This document shows, piece after piece, positions 1-10,065 of a DNA stretch of 64,000 nt (positions within the stretch are counted from its first letter, which is position 1; the number at the start of each line of letters is the position of its first letter). This DNA comes from Actinomycetota bacterium (GTDB lineage Bacteria; Actinomycetota; Acidimicrobiia; Acidimicrobiales; VFJN01), in NCBI GenBank assembly GCA_049325515.1, contig JBMOLI010000006.1, positions 29,328 to 93,327 on the forward strand, written 5' to 3'. The translations under genes and the position numbers were made by a program. The notes below the pieces were generated by a model. The model ran no database searches. It was not told where the DNA came from and saw only the letters and a program-made list of their open reading frames with translations.

Positions 1-627
1 TACGGCATGCGTGAGTACGTACGAGGTGACGATCTCCGCCGCATCGTCTGGCGAGCTTCAGCGCGCACCGGGAAGATCATGGTCCGCGAGGCGGAGCAGG
101 GGATCACCGATCACATCACGATCATCCTCGACACCGATCGTGGCACCCACAGCAACGACGGAGACGGCCTGTCGGAGTCGTTCGAGACGGGTGTGCGCGT
201 CGCCGCGTCGCTCGCCGTCCGTCACCTGCGAGAGGGCTACGAGATCAAGGTCGAGACAAATGGTGGGCCGCTCACCCGCCATCTGCGGGGAGCGACGAGC
301 CAGATGCAGATGCTGGACAGCCTCGCCAAGGTCGACCTCGACCGCGAGCCGCTCAGCAAGGCGATCATGAAGCTGCTGAGCTCGGCCCAGCGCGACGCCC
401 ACAACATCCTGATCACGCCCTTCCTCGGCCAGCGCGAGGCGGCTCAGCTCCGCATGCTCCTGAACACTGGCGTCTCGGTCCTGGTGGTTGCGCTTCTCTG
501 GGACGAGGACAACGCCAACACGATGGGTCTGGCGGCCTCGATGGGCTGTCAGGTCGTGGGTGTTCACCCAGGCCAGGACCTGGCCACCGCACTGTTCAGC
601 GACATCGGCGCCGGGAACCGGGTCTGA
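1..627 (+). CDS. DUF58 domain protein (MoxR-associated, vWA-like), 5' end outside window
   Basis: REYVRGDDLRRIVWRASAR...MVRE is the DUF58 signature; frame is open from base 1; stop overlaps next ATG (TGATG). Confidence 0.9.
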   Translation, partial: YGMREYVRGDDLRRIVWRASARTGKIMVREAEQGITDHITIILDTDRGTHSNDGDGLSESFETGVRVAASLAVRHLREGYEIKVETNGGPLTRHLRGATSQMQMLDSLAKVDLDREPLSKAIMKLLSSAQRDAHNILITPFLGQREAAQLRMLLNTGVSVLVVALLWDEDNANTMGLAASMGCQVVGVHPGQDLATALFSDIGAGNRV

Positions 628-3074
628 TGGGCCCCACCGACCTCGACAGCGACCTGACCCTGCTCGAAGAGCGGGCGCTCGACCATCTCGAGGCTGACTC
701 GCACGGCGCATCGGATCTCGACGCCGCCGTCGACGGGTCTGAAGATGCCGATCTCGATCCGGAGATAGCCGCATCGCGCCTCGCGCTGGCGATGGCGTTC
801 CCGGTGCTCGGCGCGGCGGTGATGGTCGGTGGGGTGTTCAGCGGAGTGTCGGCGCGGCCTCTCGCCGCTCTGGCCGGCCTGCTCGGCATGGGCCTCGCCC
901 TCGTCGCCCGACGGGTGCGCAAGCCGCTGCTCGGCAACGCCATGATCGCGGTGGGCCTCTTCTTGATCGGGCTCGTGCTCGTCGGCACCTCCGGCATCGG
1001 CAACATCGCCAACGCCCGCTCCCTGGCGCAAGAGGCGGCGGCGAGCGGAGACGTGCTGCGCCCGCCGGTCGAGCTCACTGCGGGGTGGCACGCGATCGTC
1101 GGCTGGCTGATGGGCATCGTCGGCTTCGTCACCTGCTGGGTGGCGACGGTGGTGCGACGTCAGAGCATCGCTCTGCTCGTGCCGTTGCCGTTCGCAGCCA
1201 TCGCAGGAATCTCGGTCCCCGAGACCGCGCAGGTCCCAGGCGGGATCGCCGTGCTGGTGCTGTTCGCGATCGGGCTCGGCCTCGTGTCGAGCGCCAACTC
1301 CTTCGAAGGCAGCCAGCGCCCGCCGCTTTCCTACGAGATCCGCAAGACGGCCAAGAGCCTGCCGGTCATCGCGCTCATCACGGTCGCGCTGATCGCGCTG
1401 GCCCAGACCAGCTTCCTCTTCCCCGACCCGCAGATCGACCCTGCGCAGGAACCGCAGAAGCCGAAGACGGTTCCCCTCGAGGAGGTCGAGGATCGCGTCC
1501 TGTTCGAGGTCACCGACCCCAGCGGCGGCGACCCGGTGAGCGGCCCGTTCAGGCTTGGCACGCTCGACGTCTACGACGGCACCGACTGGCGCCTGCCCGC
1601 CTTCAGCGAGAACGAGCTCGAGGACGTTCCAACGAACGGTCACGTCGATGACGAGCTCTTCGGCACACGCGACACGCAGGCGCGCTTCCGAGTGCAGGGT
1701 CTCGGGGGCACGGTGCTACCGGGCCTACCGAACACGGTCGGCATCAACGCGCAAGGTCCGCAGCTCGCCTACGACTCGCGCAGCGGCAACATCCGCGTCG
1801 CCTCCGGGCAGGTGAAGGTGGGCCTGACATACGAGGTTGCGGCGGCGGCGCGCTTCACGGAGGACGAGCTCCGGGCCAGCACCGGGAAGGTGCCGCGCGA
1901 GGTCGAGCGCTTCCTCGAGATCCCCGCCCCACCCCCTGCTGTCGTGACCTTGGTCGACGACGCTGTCTCGAGGTTCGACAACGGCTTCGACCGCTTCAAC
2001 TTCCTGCGCAACCATGTGCTCGACGAAGTGACCGCCTCCGGGCTCGGCACGCCGGTCAGCATCACCCCGGAGCGCGCACAGGAGATCCTCGGGGACACCC
2101 TCGAGGCCACGCCGTATGAGATCGTCGCACTCCAGGCGATGCTGGCACGGTGGGTGGGGCTGCCCGGCCGCATCGGCTACGGCTTCGACTGCGGCGGCAC
2201 TGCCTGCGACCTGAACGGCAAGACGCTCGAGGTGCGCCCGCGCAACGGCGCCGCCTTTCCCGAGGTGTACTTCCCGGGGTTCAAGTGGGTGCCCGTCATC
2301 GGCCAGCCGAAGAAGGCCAAGCCCACGGTCGGCACCGACCCGAGCCTCCAGAGCGTCGACCCCAGCATCCTGCCCAGCGACGACATCGCGGTGAGCTTCC
2401 TGCTCCCCAAGCTGGTGCCACCGCCCAGCACGCTCACAGACCAGATCCGCCTGAGCCTGCTGATCGCGCTCGGGATCGGGCTGATCGGGGGAGCGGGCTA
2501 CGTGGCTGCACCTGCGGTTCGCAAGGGCATCATCAGGTCGCGTCGCCGTGCGGCGGCTCGCCAGGCAGGACCCCGAGCACGGGTCGCGCTCGCCTACGCC
2601 GAGTGGCGTGACCACGCCACCGACTACGGCTATCGCCACCCGACCGACACGCCCCTCATGTTCCTCGAGCGATTCATCGACGACCCCGAGCACAATGAGC
2701 TTGCCTGGCTCACCACCCGGGCTCTCTGGGGGGACCTGCGCGACGAGTGCGACGACGAGGTGGCCGGGGCGGCCGAGGAGTTGTCACGCGCACTGCGCCG
2801 GCGTCTTTCGCAGGCGCAGCCGGCGACTCTGCGCTTCGTGGCGACTGTCTCACGCCTGTCGCTGAGGTCGCCCTTCGCGCCGGACACCGACCTCACCTCC
2901 GGGCGACGCCGCACCGGTGCCTCCAGGGCCTCTCGCTCGTCTCGCGCCTCTCGCGACCGAGTGCTCGAGGGAGCCCCGGCCCTTCGCAGCGACCGGGTGC
3001 TCGCCGCCGCGGATGCGGGCCAGCCAGATGGATCGATCGGAAAGGAGCGGGAGCATGTCTCGACATCGCTCTAG
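627..3074 (+). CDS. Membrane protein with transglutaminase-like domain (TgpA/DUF3488-like), catalytic residues degenerate
   Basis: About 8 N-terminal TM segments; LDVYDGTDW; MLARWVGLPGRIGYGF and PEVYFPGFKWVP transglutaminase-core segments; follows DUF58 as in MoxR-DUF58-TGase operons. Confidence 0.8.
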   Translation: MGPTDLDSDLTLLEERALDHLEADSHGASDLDAAVDGSEDADLDPEIAASRLALAMAFPVLGAAVMVGGVFSGVSARPLAALAGLLGMGLALVARRVRKPLLGNAMIAVGLFLIGLVLVGTSGIGNIANARSLAQEAAASGDVLRPPVELTAGWHAIVGWLMGIVGFVTCWVATVVRRQSIALLVPLPFAAIAGISVPETAQVPGGIAVLVLFAIGLGLVSSANSFEGSQRPPLSYEIRKTAKSLPVIALITVALIALAQTSFLFPDPQIDPAQEPQKPKTVPLEEVEDRVLFEVTDPSGGDPVSGPFRLGTLDVYDGTDWRLPAFSENELEDVPTNGHVDDELFGTRDTQARFRVQGLGGTVLPGLPNTVGINAQGPQLAYDSRSGNIRVASGQVKVGLTYEVAAAARFTEDELRASTGKVPREVERFLEIPAPPPAVVTLVDDAVSRFDNGFDRFNFLRNHVLDEVTASGLGTPVSITPERAQEILGDTLEATPYEIVALQAMLARWVGLPGRIGYGFDCGGTACDLNGKTLEVRPRNGAAFPEVYFPGFKWVPVIGQPKKAKPTVGTDPSLQSVDPSILPSDDIAVSFLLPKLVPPPSTLTDQIRLSLLIALGIGLIGGAGYVAAPAVRKGIIRSRRRAAARQAGPRARVALAYAEWRDHATDYGYRHPTDTPLMFLERFIDDPEHNELAWLTTRALWGDLRDECDDEVAGAAEELSRALRRRLSQAQPATLRFVATVSRLSLRSPFAPDTDLTSGRRRTGASRASRSSRASRDRVLEGAPALRSDRVLAAADAGQPDGSIGKEREHVSTSL

Positions 3075-4113
3075 GGCCCTGCTCGCCGTTGTCCTCGCCG
3101 CCGTCGTGTCTGCGTGCGTGTCCCCGGGTGAGCCCGGCGTGAACGTGGACACCGTCCAGGCAGACATCGTCTTCGGGGTCGAGCAACCACCGGTTGGCGA
3201 GGTTCCGCCGCCCACCGCCACGGGCGGCCCGCCATCCAACGGTGGTCTCGCGCCCGAGCTGCGCGTTCCCTTCTTCAACCGGGTCGGCAGCCGCTTCAGC
3301 AACGTGCAGTACACCGTGCCGTCCTCCGACGCTGACTGCCCCACCGCGTCGCCAACGGAGGCACCCGACGTTGTCGCACCGGACAACGCGTCAGAGCCTC
3401 CCGCCGCCGGCCTCTACGTGTGGCAGCGGAGCGGAGAGCAGACCGTCGTCGTCGAAGGTGCCAGCTACAAGAGCACGATCAGCGGGTACGAGAACCGCCT
3501 CGTACGTGCGGTCGACAAGATCAGTGAGACGCGCTGGACCTTCGAGCTGGTCCAGCCTGATCTGAGTGGCGCCACCCTGGTGACGACCTATGCGGTCAAC
3601 ACCGACCCCACCGAGGTCGAGAACCCCACAACCGGGAACAGAGGTGTTGCGGCGCCCTACGTGGGGCAGACGACGCGGGCGGGCGAGCCGTTGCGCGGGC
3701 TCACGCTCGAACGCCAGGAGTACTACGACGGAAACGGGATCCTGGTTGGGGAGTTCGATCCGGCAGACCCGGTGCTATTGGCGCCGCTGCCCGTGCTGAG
3801 CGGCGAGACCTGGACATCGGTGGGCGTCGACCCGCGGTCCGGCCAGACCATCCGAGTCGACGGGATCATGTCTAGGCGCGAGTCGGTGGACGCCTGCGGG
3901 TCGCGGCTCGACGCATGGCTCTCCGACATGACCGTCACCTACTCGGGCGACTCCGAGACCGTCCGCCAGCTCGATCTGTACGTCAGCACCGAGCTGGGCG
4001 GGATGCCGATCGGAGAGCGCATCTCGGAGTCGTCGAACGACGGTGGGAAGCTCGACGCCTTCTTCGAGATCGGCCAGCGAGACCCTGACCCTGCGCCGGA
4101 GGAGGAGTCGTGA
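3055..4113 (+). CDS. Putative lipoprotein, unknown function
   Basis: RBS AAAGGAG before ATG 3055; signal peptide with lipobox VSAC; GTGA overlap with next gene. Confidence 0.75.
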   Translation: MSRHRSRALLAVVLAAVVSACVSPGEPGVNVDTVQADIVFGVEQPPVGEVPPPTATGGPPSNGGLAPELRVPFFNRVGSRFSNVQYTVPSSDADCPTASPTEAPDVVAPDNASEPPAAGLYVWQRSGEQTVVVEGASYKSTISGYENRLVRAVDKISETRWTFELVQPDLSGATLVTTYAVNTDPTEVENPTTGNRGVAAPYVGQTTRAGEPLRGLTLERQEYYDGNGILVGEFDPADPVLLAPLPVLSGETWTSVGVDPRSGQTIRVDGIMSRRESVDACGSRLDAWLSDMTVTYSGDSETVRQLDLYVSTELGGMPIGERISESSNDGGKLDAFFEIGQRDPDPAPEEES

Positions 4114-6374
4114 ACCTCCGTCGCCACCTTCCGGAGAACGCAACGGCGCGCTCGGCTCTGCTCGGAGCGATCTCGTTCGCCGCGCTGCTGCTCGTCACCC
4201 AGGTGGTCCTGCCTGGCTCGCCTGGCACAGCGGGCCGCGGCACCCCGCCCGGGATCCTCTTCGACGGGGTCGTGAGCGGGCTCGTCATCTCGCTGACCGC
4301 CGCCGGAGTGGTGCTCGTCTACCGCGCCATGAGGATCCTGAACTTCGCCCAGACCGCCCTCGGCGTGATGGGGGCGAACCTCATCTTCGGCCTCGTGCAG
4401 TTCACCGAGGTGCCGTTCCCGATCAGCATGGCGCTGGGGCTCGCGCTCGCCACCGCGATCGGCGCCGGCGCCGGACTGGTCACCCTCCGCTTCTTCCGCG
4501 CCTCCCGCCTCGTGCTCACAGTCGTGTCGATCGTGGCGGCCGGGTTCATCGTCAGCTTCTCCTACGAGATCTACAAGCTCCCGTTCTTCCCCGACTACGA
4601 CAGCCTCACAGCGGAACAGCAGACCGGCTCTGCCCCGATCCAGGAGATGCTGCCCTTCCCCGGCTGGCACTTCGATGTCGGCATCGTGCGCGACTTCGGG
4701 TTCGTTCACGTGTTCGCCATCGAGGCAGCGGTCATCTGCCTGCTCGGCCTCATGGCGTTCTTCCGCTACACGCGTGCGGGCGTCGCCGTGCGCGCCCTCG
4801 CCGAGAACCCCGAGCGCGCCTCGCTGCTCGGCATCGGCGTCGGAGGCCTCACGATCATCACCTGGGCGATAGCAGGGTTCTTGAGCGGCGTCAGCACGAG
4901 CTTGAACGGCATGCTCACCGTGCCCGCTGCGGCCGGCGGGTTTGCGCCATCGCTGCTCTTGGTCGCCTTCGCCGCCGCCGTGATCGGCCGCATGGAGAGC
5001 ATTCCGGTCACGGTGATGGCGGCTGTCGGCATAGCCACCCTCAACCGGGCCTTCACGTGGAGCTACCCCGGCGACCGAGGGCTAGTGCCGGTGATCCTCT
5101 TCTTCGTGCTCGGAGCGGCACTCCTGGTGCAGCGGAGCTCGATCAGCCGCGCCGAGTCATCTGCGGTCGGCTGGGCAGCCACGGAGGAGCAGCGGGCGAT
5201 CCCCAAGGTGCTCGCCGACCTCGGAGCCGTGCGCGGCGTCCGCTACGGCCTCTACCTGCTGGGCCTCATCGCCGTCACGGTGGTCCCCTTCGTCGGGTCG
5301 ACCGGTGTGGTCAACCTCTCCAGCGTCATCGCACTGAGCGCTGTGGTGGTGGTGTCGATCGTGGTGCTGACCGGCTGGGGCGGACAGGTCAGCCTCGGAC
5401 AGTGGGCCTTCGCGGCCGTCGGAGCCGTCGTGGCGGGTGCGCTGACAGCCACTGCTGGCCTCAGCTTCTGGCTGGCCGTACCCGCCGCCGCCGCCGTGTC
5501 GGGCGCGGTCGCGATTGCGGTTGGGCTGCCAGCGCTGCGCATCAAGGGTCTGTTCCTGCTCGTGATCACGATGTCGTTCGCGTTCGCGATCGAGAGCGCG
5601 CTCTTCCAGGATCGCTACTTCGGTTGGTTGCTGCCGGACAGCGCAATCGAGCGGCCCAGCCTGTTCTTCTTCGACTTCGTGGACGAGACGAGCATGTACT
5701 TCCTCTGCGTGGCGACGCTCGTGCTGTCGATCGTCATCGTGGGCAACCTGCGGAGATCGAGGACTGGTCGGATCCTCATCGCGCTCCGCGAGAACGACGC
5801 CAACGTGCAGTCCTTCGGGGTGGCAGTCCTTCGAACCAAGCTCGTCGCGTTCGCGATCTCCGGTGCGCTCGCAGGCATGGCGGGTGCGGTCTTCGTGCAC
5901 CAGCAACAAGGTCTCAACGTCCAGTCCTTCACGTCGCAGAAGAGCATCGATGCGTTCGTGACCGCCGTCTTCGGCGGCGTCGGATCGGTTGCCGGGGCGC
6001 TGCTCGGCGCGACGTACTTCGCTCTGGTGCGGTACTTCTTCAGCAGCGCCCTGTTCCTCGCTGTCGTGGTGAGCGGTGGCGCGCTCTACATCCTCATCGC
6101 TTTCCCAGGTGGCTTGATCTCCTTGCTCAACGCTGCGCGCGACTCGGTGCTCCGTGTCATCGCTCAGCGCCGACAGATCCCGGTGCCCAGCCTCTTCGCC
6201 GACTACGACGCCGAGGCGCTGGAGCGCAGGCTCATACCGCTGGCTGAGCCCGACACCGGCGCCGGCCTCGGCGCCCTGCCTCCCGGAGAGGGCTACGTGC
6301 TCGGGTCCGCTCTCTACCGCGGCCGCGGCCGGAGATTGGCTCCGAGCTCGCCCGCATCGAGGGAGGCCGGATGA
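4110..6374 (+). CDS. Fused double branched-chain-amino-acid-type ABC permease (LivH+LivM)
   Basis: LNFAQ and TRAGVAVRALAENPERASLLGI (LivH half); GQVSLGQ, PALRIKG, SRTGRILIALREND (LivM half). Confidence 0.9.
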   Translation: MNLRRHLPENATARSALLGAISFAALLLVTQVVLPGSPGTAGRGTPPGILFDGVVSGLVISLTAAGVVLVYRAMRILNFAQTALGVMGANLIFGLVQFTEVPFPISMALGLALATAIGAGAGLVTLRFFRASRLVLTVVSIVAAGFIVSFSYEIYKLPFFPDYDSLTAEQQTGSAPIQEMLPFPGWHFDVGIVRDFGFVHVFAIEAAVICLLGLMAFFRYTRAGVAVRALAENPERASLLGIGVGGLTIITWAIAGFLSGVSTSLNGMLTVPAAAGGFAPSLLLVAFAAAVIGRMESIPVTVMAAVGIATLNRAFTWSYPGDRGLVPVILFFVLGAALLVQRSSISRAESSAVGWAATEEQRAIPKVLADLGAVRGVRYGLYLLGLIAVTVVPFVGSTGVVNLSSVIALSAVVVVSIVVLTGWGGQVSLGQWAFAAVGAVVAGALTATAGLSFWLAVPAAAAVSGAVAIAVGLPALRIKGLFLLVITMSFAFAIESALFQDRYFGWLLPDSAIERPSLFFFDFVDETSMYFLCVATLVLSIVIVGNLRRSRTGRILIALRENDANVQSFGVAVLRTKLVAFAISGALAGMAGAVFVHQQQGLNVQSFTSQKSIDAFVTAVFGGVGSVAGALLGATYFALVRYFFSSALFLAVVVSGGALYILIAFPGGLISLLNAARDSVLRVIAQRRQIPVPSLFADYDAEALERRLIPLAEPDTGAGLGALPPGEGYVLGSALYRGRGRRLAPSSPASREAG

Positions 6375-9300
6375 GCGAGTCAGCCACCCCTGGAGGCCGG
6401 AGCTCCGGCCACGCGCGCCGAGCAGCGACGGCGCCGCCCGCCGCCACGAACGGTGCCCAAGCCACCAGTACCGCTCTGCTCGACCCGAGGCCGCGCAACG
6501 ACCGCGATCCAGTCGCGCCGAACGGAGATCACGCCGATCAGCCCGCGGCCGCCCGGCGGAGGCCGGGAGAGGGAAAGCCGACGCTGGCCGACGACGATCG
6601 TCCCGGTGGCTGGCGCGGGTTCATGTGGGATGTTCGCCAGTACCGAGTTGTGGCGGGCACTCACTACGGGCTGACCCCCTTGCTCGTGTTCGGGTTCATC
6701 GGCTTCTTCCAGCGCTTCGACTCCAGGGCCTTCTCGCTCGCCTCTCCGGACATCGCGCGGGATCTCAACATCAGCGTCGGCGACATCATCGGCATCCAAG
6801 CGCTGGTCGGCACCGTGGCGACCATCGCCCTGCTCTTTGCCGGCTACTACGCGGATCGGCATCGTCGCGTGCCGTTCGTGAGCATCGGGACGCTCATCTC
6901 GGGGTTCTTCTCAGCGGTCACCGGTCGAGCGCAGAGCTTCGCCGGTGCGGCCACACCGAGGGTTCTCGACGATGTAGCGGACGCTGCTTCGGGCGTACCC
7001 CAGTTCTCGCTGACCACCGACTACTACCCGCCGGCGGTGCGGGGCCGGGTGTTCGCGCTGCTCGGCATGTTCTCCAAGGTGGCGGAGCTGCTGTCGCCGG
7101 TGATAGTCGGCCTCTGCGTGGTCGGGCTGGGCTGGCGCACCTCGTTCCTCGTCTTTGCAGTGCCGCTGATGCTCCTGGGCGTCGCCGCCCACTTCCTGCT
7201 CAAGGAACCCATCCGGGGTTACCAAGAGCGCAAGGCGATGGGCGCAAGCGAGGAGGTGGCTCGCCAGGAGGAGGAGCCGCTCTCGTTCGCCGAGGGATGC
7301 CGAGCCACGTGGTCGGTCCGCACAGTCCGGCGCACGGTCGTAGCCGACGTGTTCACGTTCGGCGCCGACGCCATTCTCTCGCTGTACTTCGTGTTCTTCC
7401 TGGCGGAGGTCTACGGCCTCGACGCGCTGGAGCGCGGGATCGTCTTCCTCCCTGCCGTGGTGGCCCGCCTTGCCGGTGGGTTCATCGGCGGCGCGGTCGT
7501 CGATCGCCTCACCCGCCGCAACCCGAGCCGTGTGCTGCTCGTGCTGGGCGTCTACGGCCTCATGCTCGTCCCCGCTCCGCTCGTCTACCTGCTCCAGCCA
7601 CCGCTGTGGATCATCGTCGGCATCAGCCTGCTCACTGGCTTCGGCGGGTCACTGATCGGTCCCGCCACCCAGGTCGTCTACAGCCAGGTGATCCCGCCCG
7701 GCATCCGCACTCAGGGACTCAGCATCACCGCGCTCGCCGGGATCCCCACCACGGCCATGTTCATCCCGATCGCGCGCGGCGTCTTCTCGGAGTACGGCTA
7801 CGACGGGATCTGGGTGATGAGCATCCCCTTGGGAGTCGTCGGCGCTCTCATCTACCTCACCGCCGCCGGCTTCTTCGAGCTCGACATGCGCAACAACCTG
7901 GCTGCGTCGATGGCGGCCGAGGAGTGGCGCCGGACGCGCGCAGCGGGGAAGGGCAAGCTCCTCGTCTGCCGCAACATCGATGTCGCCTACGACGGCGTGC
8001 AGGTTCTCTTCGACGTCGACTTCGACGTGGACGACGGGGAGATCATTGCCCTCCTGGGCACCAACGGAGCCGGCAAGTCCACGCTCCTGCGTGCCATCAG
8101 CGGCATCCAAGAGGCGTCGAGCGGGGCCATCGTCTTCGACGGGCGCGACATCACGCACATGCCGCCCCACGAGACAGCAGGGCGTGGCGTCGTCCAGATG
8201 CCAGGTGGCAAGGGCGTGTTCCCGAACCTGTCCGTGAAGGAGAACCTCGTCCTCGGCAGCTGGATGAACGAGGATCAGGCCGACGTATCCGCACGACTGG
8301 CTGAGGTCTTCGAGATCTTCCCTGCGCTGCGTGACCGCATCGACACCCCAGCCGGGCAGCTCTCGGGCGGGGAGCAGCAGCAGCTCTCGCTCGCCCAGGC
8401 GTTCCTTTGCCGCCCCCGGTTGCTCCTGATCGATGAGCTCTCGCTCGGCCTCGCACCCACGGTGGTCGGGCAGCTCGTGGAGATCGTCAAGGAGATCAAC
8501 CGTCGAGGCGTCACCGTGATCGTGGTGGAGCAGTCCGTGAACGTAGCCCTCACGATCGCCACCAGAGCGGTCTTCATGGAAAAGGGCGAGGTCCGCTTCG
8601 ACGGTCCAGCTCAGGAGCTGCTCGCTCGTCCCGACATCCTCAGGGCCGTCTACGTGAAGGGCACCGGTGCGCTCACGGACGGTGTGCCAGCAGCAGCCCG
8701 GCGCGACGAGCGCCAGGTCAGGTCGCTCGGTCTGGCTGAGGCCCGGCCAGTGCTCGAGGTGAGCGGGCTGCTCAAGACATACGGCGGCATCACTGCGGTG
8801 GACGACGTGAGCTTCCAGCTCCGTGAGGGCGAAGTGCTCGGCCTGATCGGTCCCAACGGAGCGGGCAAGACGACGATCTTCGATCTGATCAGCGGCCACC
8901 AGCCCCTGGACGGCGGCCGGGTGGTCCTCGAGGGTGCCGATGTGACGAAGTGGGCCCCGGAGATGCGTGCGAGGGCCGGACTGGTCCGCCGCTTCCAAGA
9001 CGCCCGCCTCTTCCCCTCGCTCACGGTCTTCGAGACCCTGCTCGTCTCGCTCGAGCAACGACTCGAGGTGAAGAGCGCGTTCCTCAACGCAGTGGCTGCT
9101 CCCCAGGCTCGCAAGGCCGAGCGGCGCGTGAGAGCGAGGGCTGAAAAGCTCATCGAGCTGCTTGATCTGGACGCCTACCGGGACAAGTTCGTCAAGGAGC
9201 TCTCCACGGGCCTGCGTCGAATCGTCGATCTCGCCTGCGTCCTTGCCGCTGAGCCGAAGGTGCTGCTGCTCGATGAGCCTTCCTCCGGGATAGCGCAGGC

Positions 9301-9541
9301 GGAAGCGGAGGGTCTGGCACCCCTGCTCACCCGCGTGCGGTTCGAGACCGGCTGCAGCATCCTCATCATCGAGCACGACATGCCACTCATCTCGGCGGTG
9401 TCCGATGAGCTCATCGCGCTCGACCTCGGTGCGGTCGTCAGGCGAGGACGTCCAGAGGACGTCCTCGTGGACGAGCGCGTGGTCGAGTCGTACCTCGGCA
9501 CATCCGAAGCCGCCATCAACCGTTCCGGGAGCACGATCTGA
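6371..9541 (+). CDS. Fusion of an MFS domain and two ABC ATPases (LivF-like then LivG-like)
   Basis: About 12 TM with MFS loop motifs GYYADRHRR and GAVVDRLTRR, plus DYYPPAVRGR; GTNGAGKST/LSGGEQQ/LLLIDE; GPNGAGKTT/LSTG/LLLDEP/VVESYLG. Confidence 0.9.
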   Translation: MSESATPGGRSSGHARRAATAPPAATNGAQATSTALLDPRPRNDRDPVAPNGDHADQPAAARRRPGEGKPTLADDDRPGGWRGFMWDVRQYRVVAGTHYGLTPLLVFGFIGFFQRFDSRAFSLASPDIARDLNISVGDIIGIQALVGTVATIALLFAGYYADRHRRVPFVSIGTLISGFFSAVTGRAQSFAGAATPRVLDDVADAASGVPQFSLTTDYYPPAVRGRVFALLGMFSKVAELLSPVIVGLCVVGLGWRTSFLVFAVPLMLLGVAAHFLLKEPIRGYQERKAMGASEEVARQEEEPLSFAEGCRATWSVRTVRRTVVADVFTFGADAILSLYFVFFLAEVYGLDALERGIVFLPAVVARLAGGFIGGAVVDRLTRRNPSRVLLVLGVYGLMLVPAPLVYLLQPPLWIIVGISLLTGFGGSLIGPATQVVYSQVIPPGIRTQGLSITALAGIPTTAMFIPIARGVFSEYGYDGIWVMSIPLGVVGALIYLTAAGFFELDMRNNLAASMAAEEWRRTRAAGKGKLLVCRNIDVAYDGVQVLFDVDFDVDDGEIIALLGTNGAGKSTLLRAISGIQEASSGAIVFDGRDITHMPPHETAGRGVVQMPGGKGVFPNLSVKENLVLGSWMNEDQADVSARLAEVFEIFPALRDRIDTPAGQLSGGEQQQLSLAQAFLCRPRLLLIDELSLGLAPTVVGQLVEIVKEINRRGVTVIVVEQSVNVALTIATRAVFMEKGEVRFDGPAQELLARPDILRAVYVKGTGALTDGVPAAARRDERQVRSLGLAEARPVLEVSGLLKTYGGITAVDDVSFQLREGEVLGLIGPNGAGKTTIFDLISGHQPLDGGRVVLEGADVTKWAPEMRARAGLVRRFQDARLFPSLTVFETLLVSLEQRLEVKSAFLNAVAAPQARKAERRVRARAEKLIELLDLDAYRDKFVKELSTGLRRIVDLACVLAAEPKVLLLDEPSSGIAQAEAEGLAPLLTRVRFETGCSILIIEHDMPLISAVSDELIALDLGAVVRRGRPEDVLVDERVVESYLGTSEAAINRSGSTI

Positions 9542-10065
9542 TGTACTCAACCCGTCGCGCGCGCACCACCGCTCTCGCCCTTCTCCTGGCGCTCGCCCCG
9601 CTCGCTGCGTGCGGCGGCGAGGACAAGGTGGGCGACGACGACCTGCTGGCCTTCGACCAAGAGCAGGCGAACCAGCTCGGCGCCAGCAGCACCACCGAGA
9701 CCACCGCCAGCCCGATCGACGATGGTGGGGCTGAGACGACTGCGGCCCCGACCCAGACCACTGCGGCACCCCAGACCACGCTGCCACCCGAACAGCAGCA
9801 GGTCACCGTCGAGGTGGTGATCCAGGACGACGAACAAGGAGCGCCATTCACACCGAACGTCGTCCGCGTAGCAGTTGGCGGGCGGGTTCGCTTCCTGAAC
9901 AAGGGCACGCGCGCCTACTCGATCGTCGCTCAGAACGGAGCCTTCGCGTCACCGTCGATCGCGCCGGGTCAGGCATGGATCTACGAGGCGACCACACCCG
10001 GCAACTTCAACTACAGCGACGATGTGCGCACCTACAGCCAAGGCACCATCCAGGTGGTCGCTTGA
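9541..10065 (+). CDS. Lipoprotein with cupredoxin-like C-terminal domain lacking Cu ligands
   Basis: Lipobox LAAC; Thr-rich linker; FTPNVVRVAVGGRVRFLN...PGNFNY...GTIQV cupredoxin pattern. Confidence 0.75.
   Translation: MYSTRRARTTALALLLALAPLAACGGEDKVGDDDLLAFDQEQANQLGASSTTETTASPIDDGGAETTAAPTQTTAAPQTTLPPEQQQVTVEVVIQDDEQGAPFTPNVVRVAVGGRVRFLNKGTRAYSIVAQNGAFASPSIAPGQAWIYEATTPGNFNYSDDVRTYSQGTIQVVA

Noticed and set aside
7649-9787. Long alternative-frame or antisense ORFs (7649-9787, 4043-6247, 6154-8304, 12092-14119, 48446-50494, 58690-60237)
   Set aside because: They shadow well-supported genes, are Arg/Pro/Gly-rich or antisense-like, and show no family motifs; typical high-GC artefacts.
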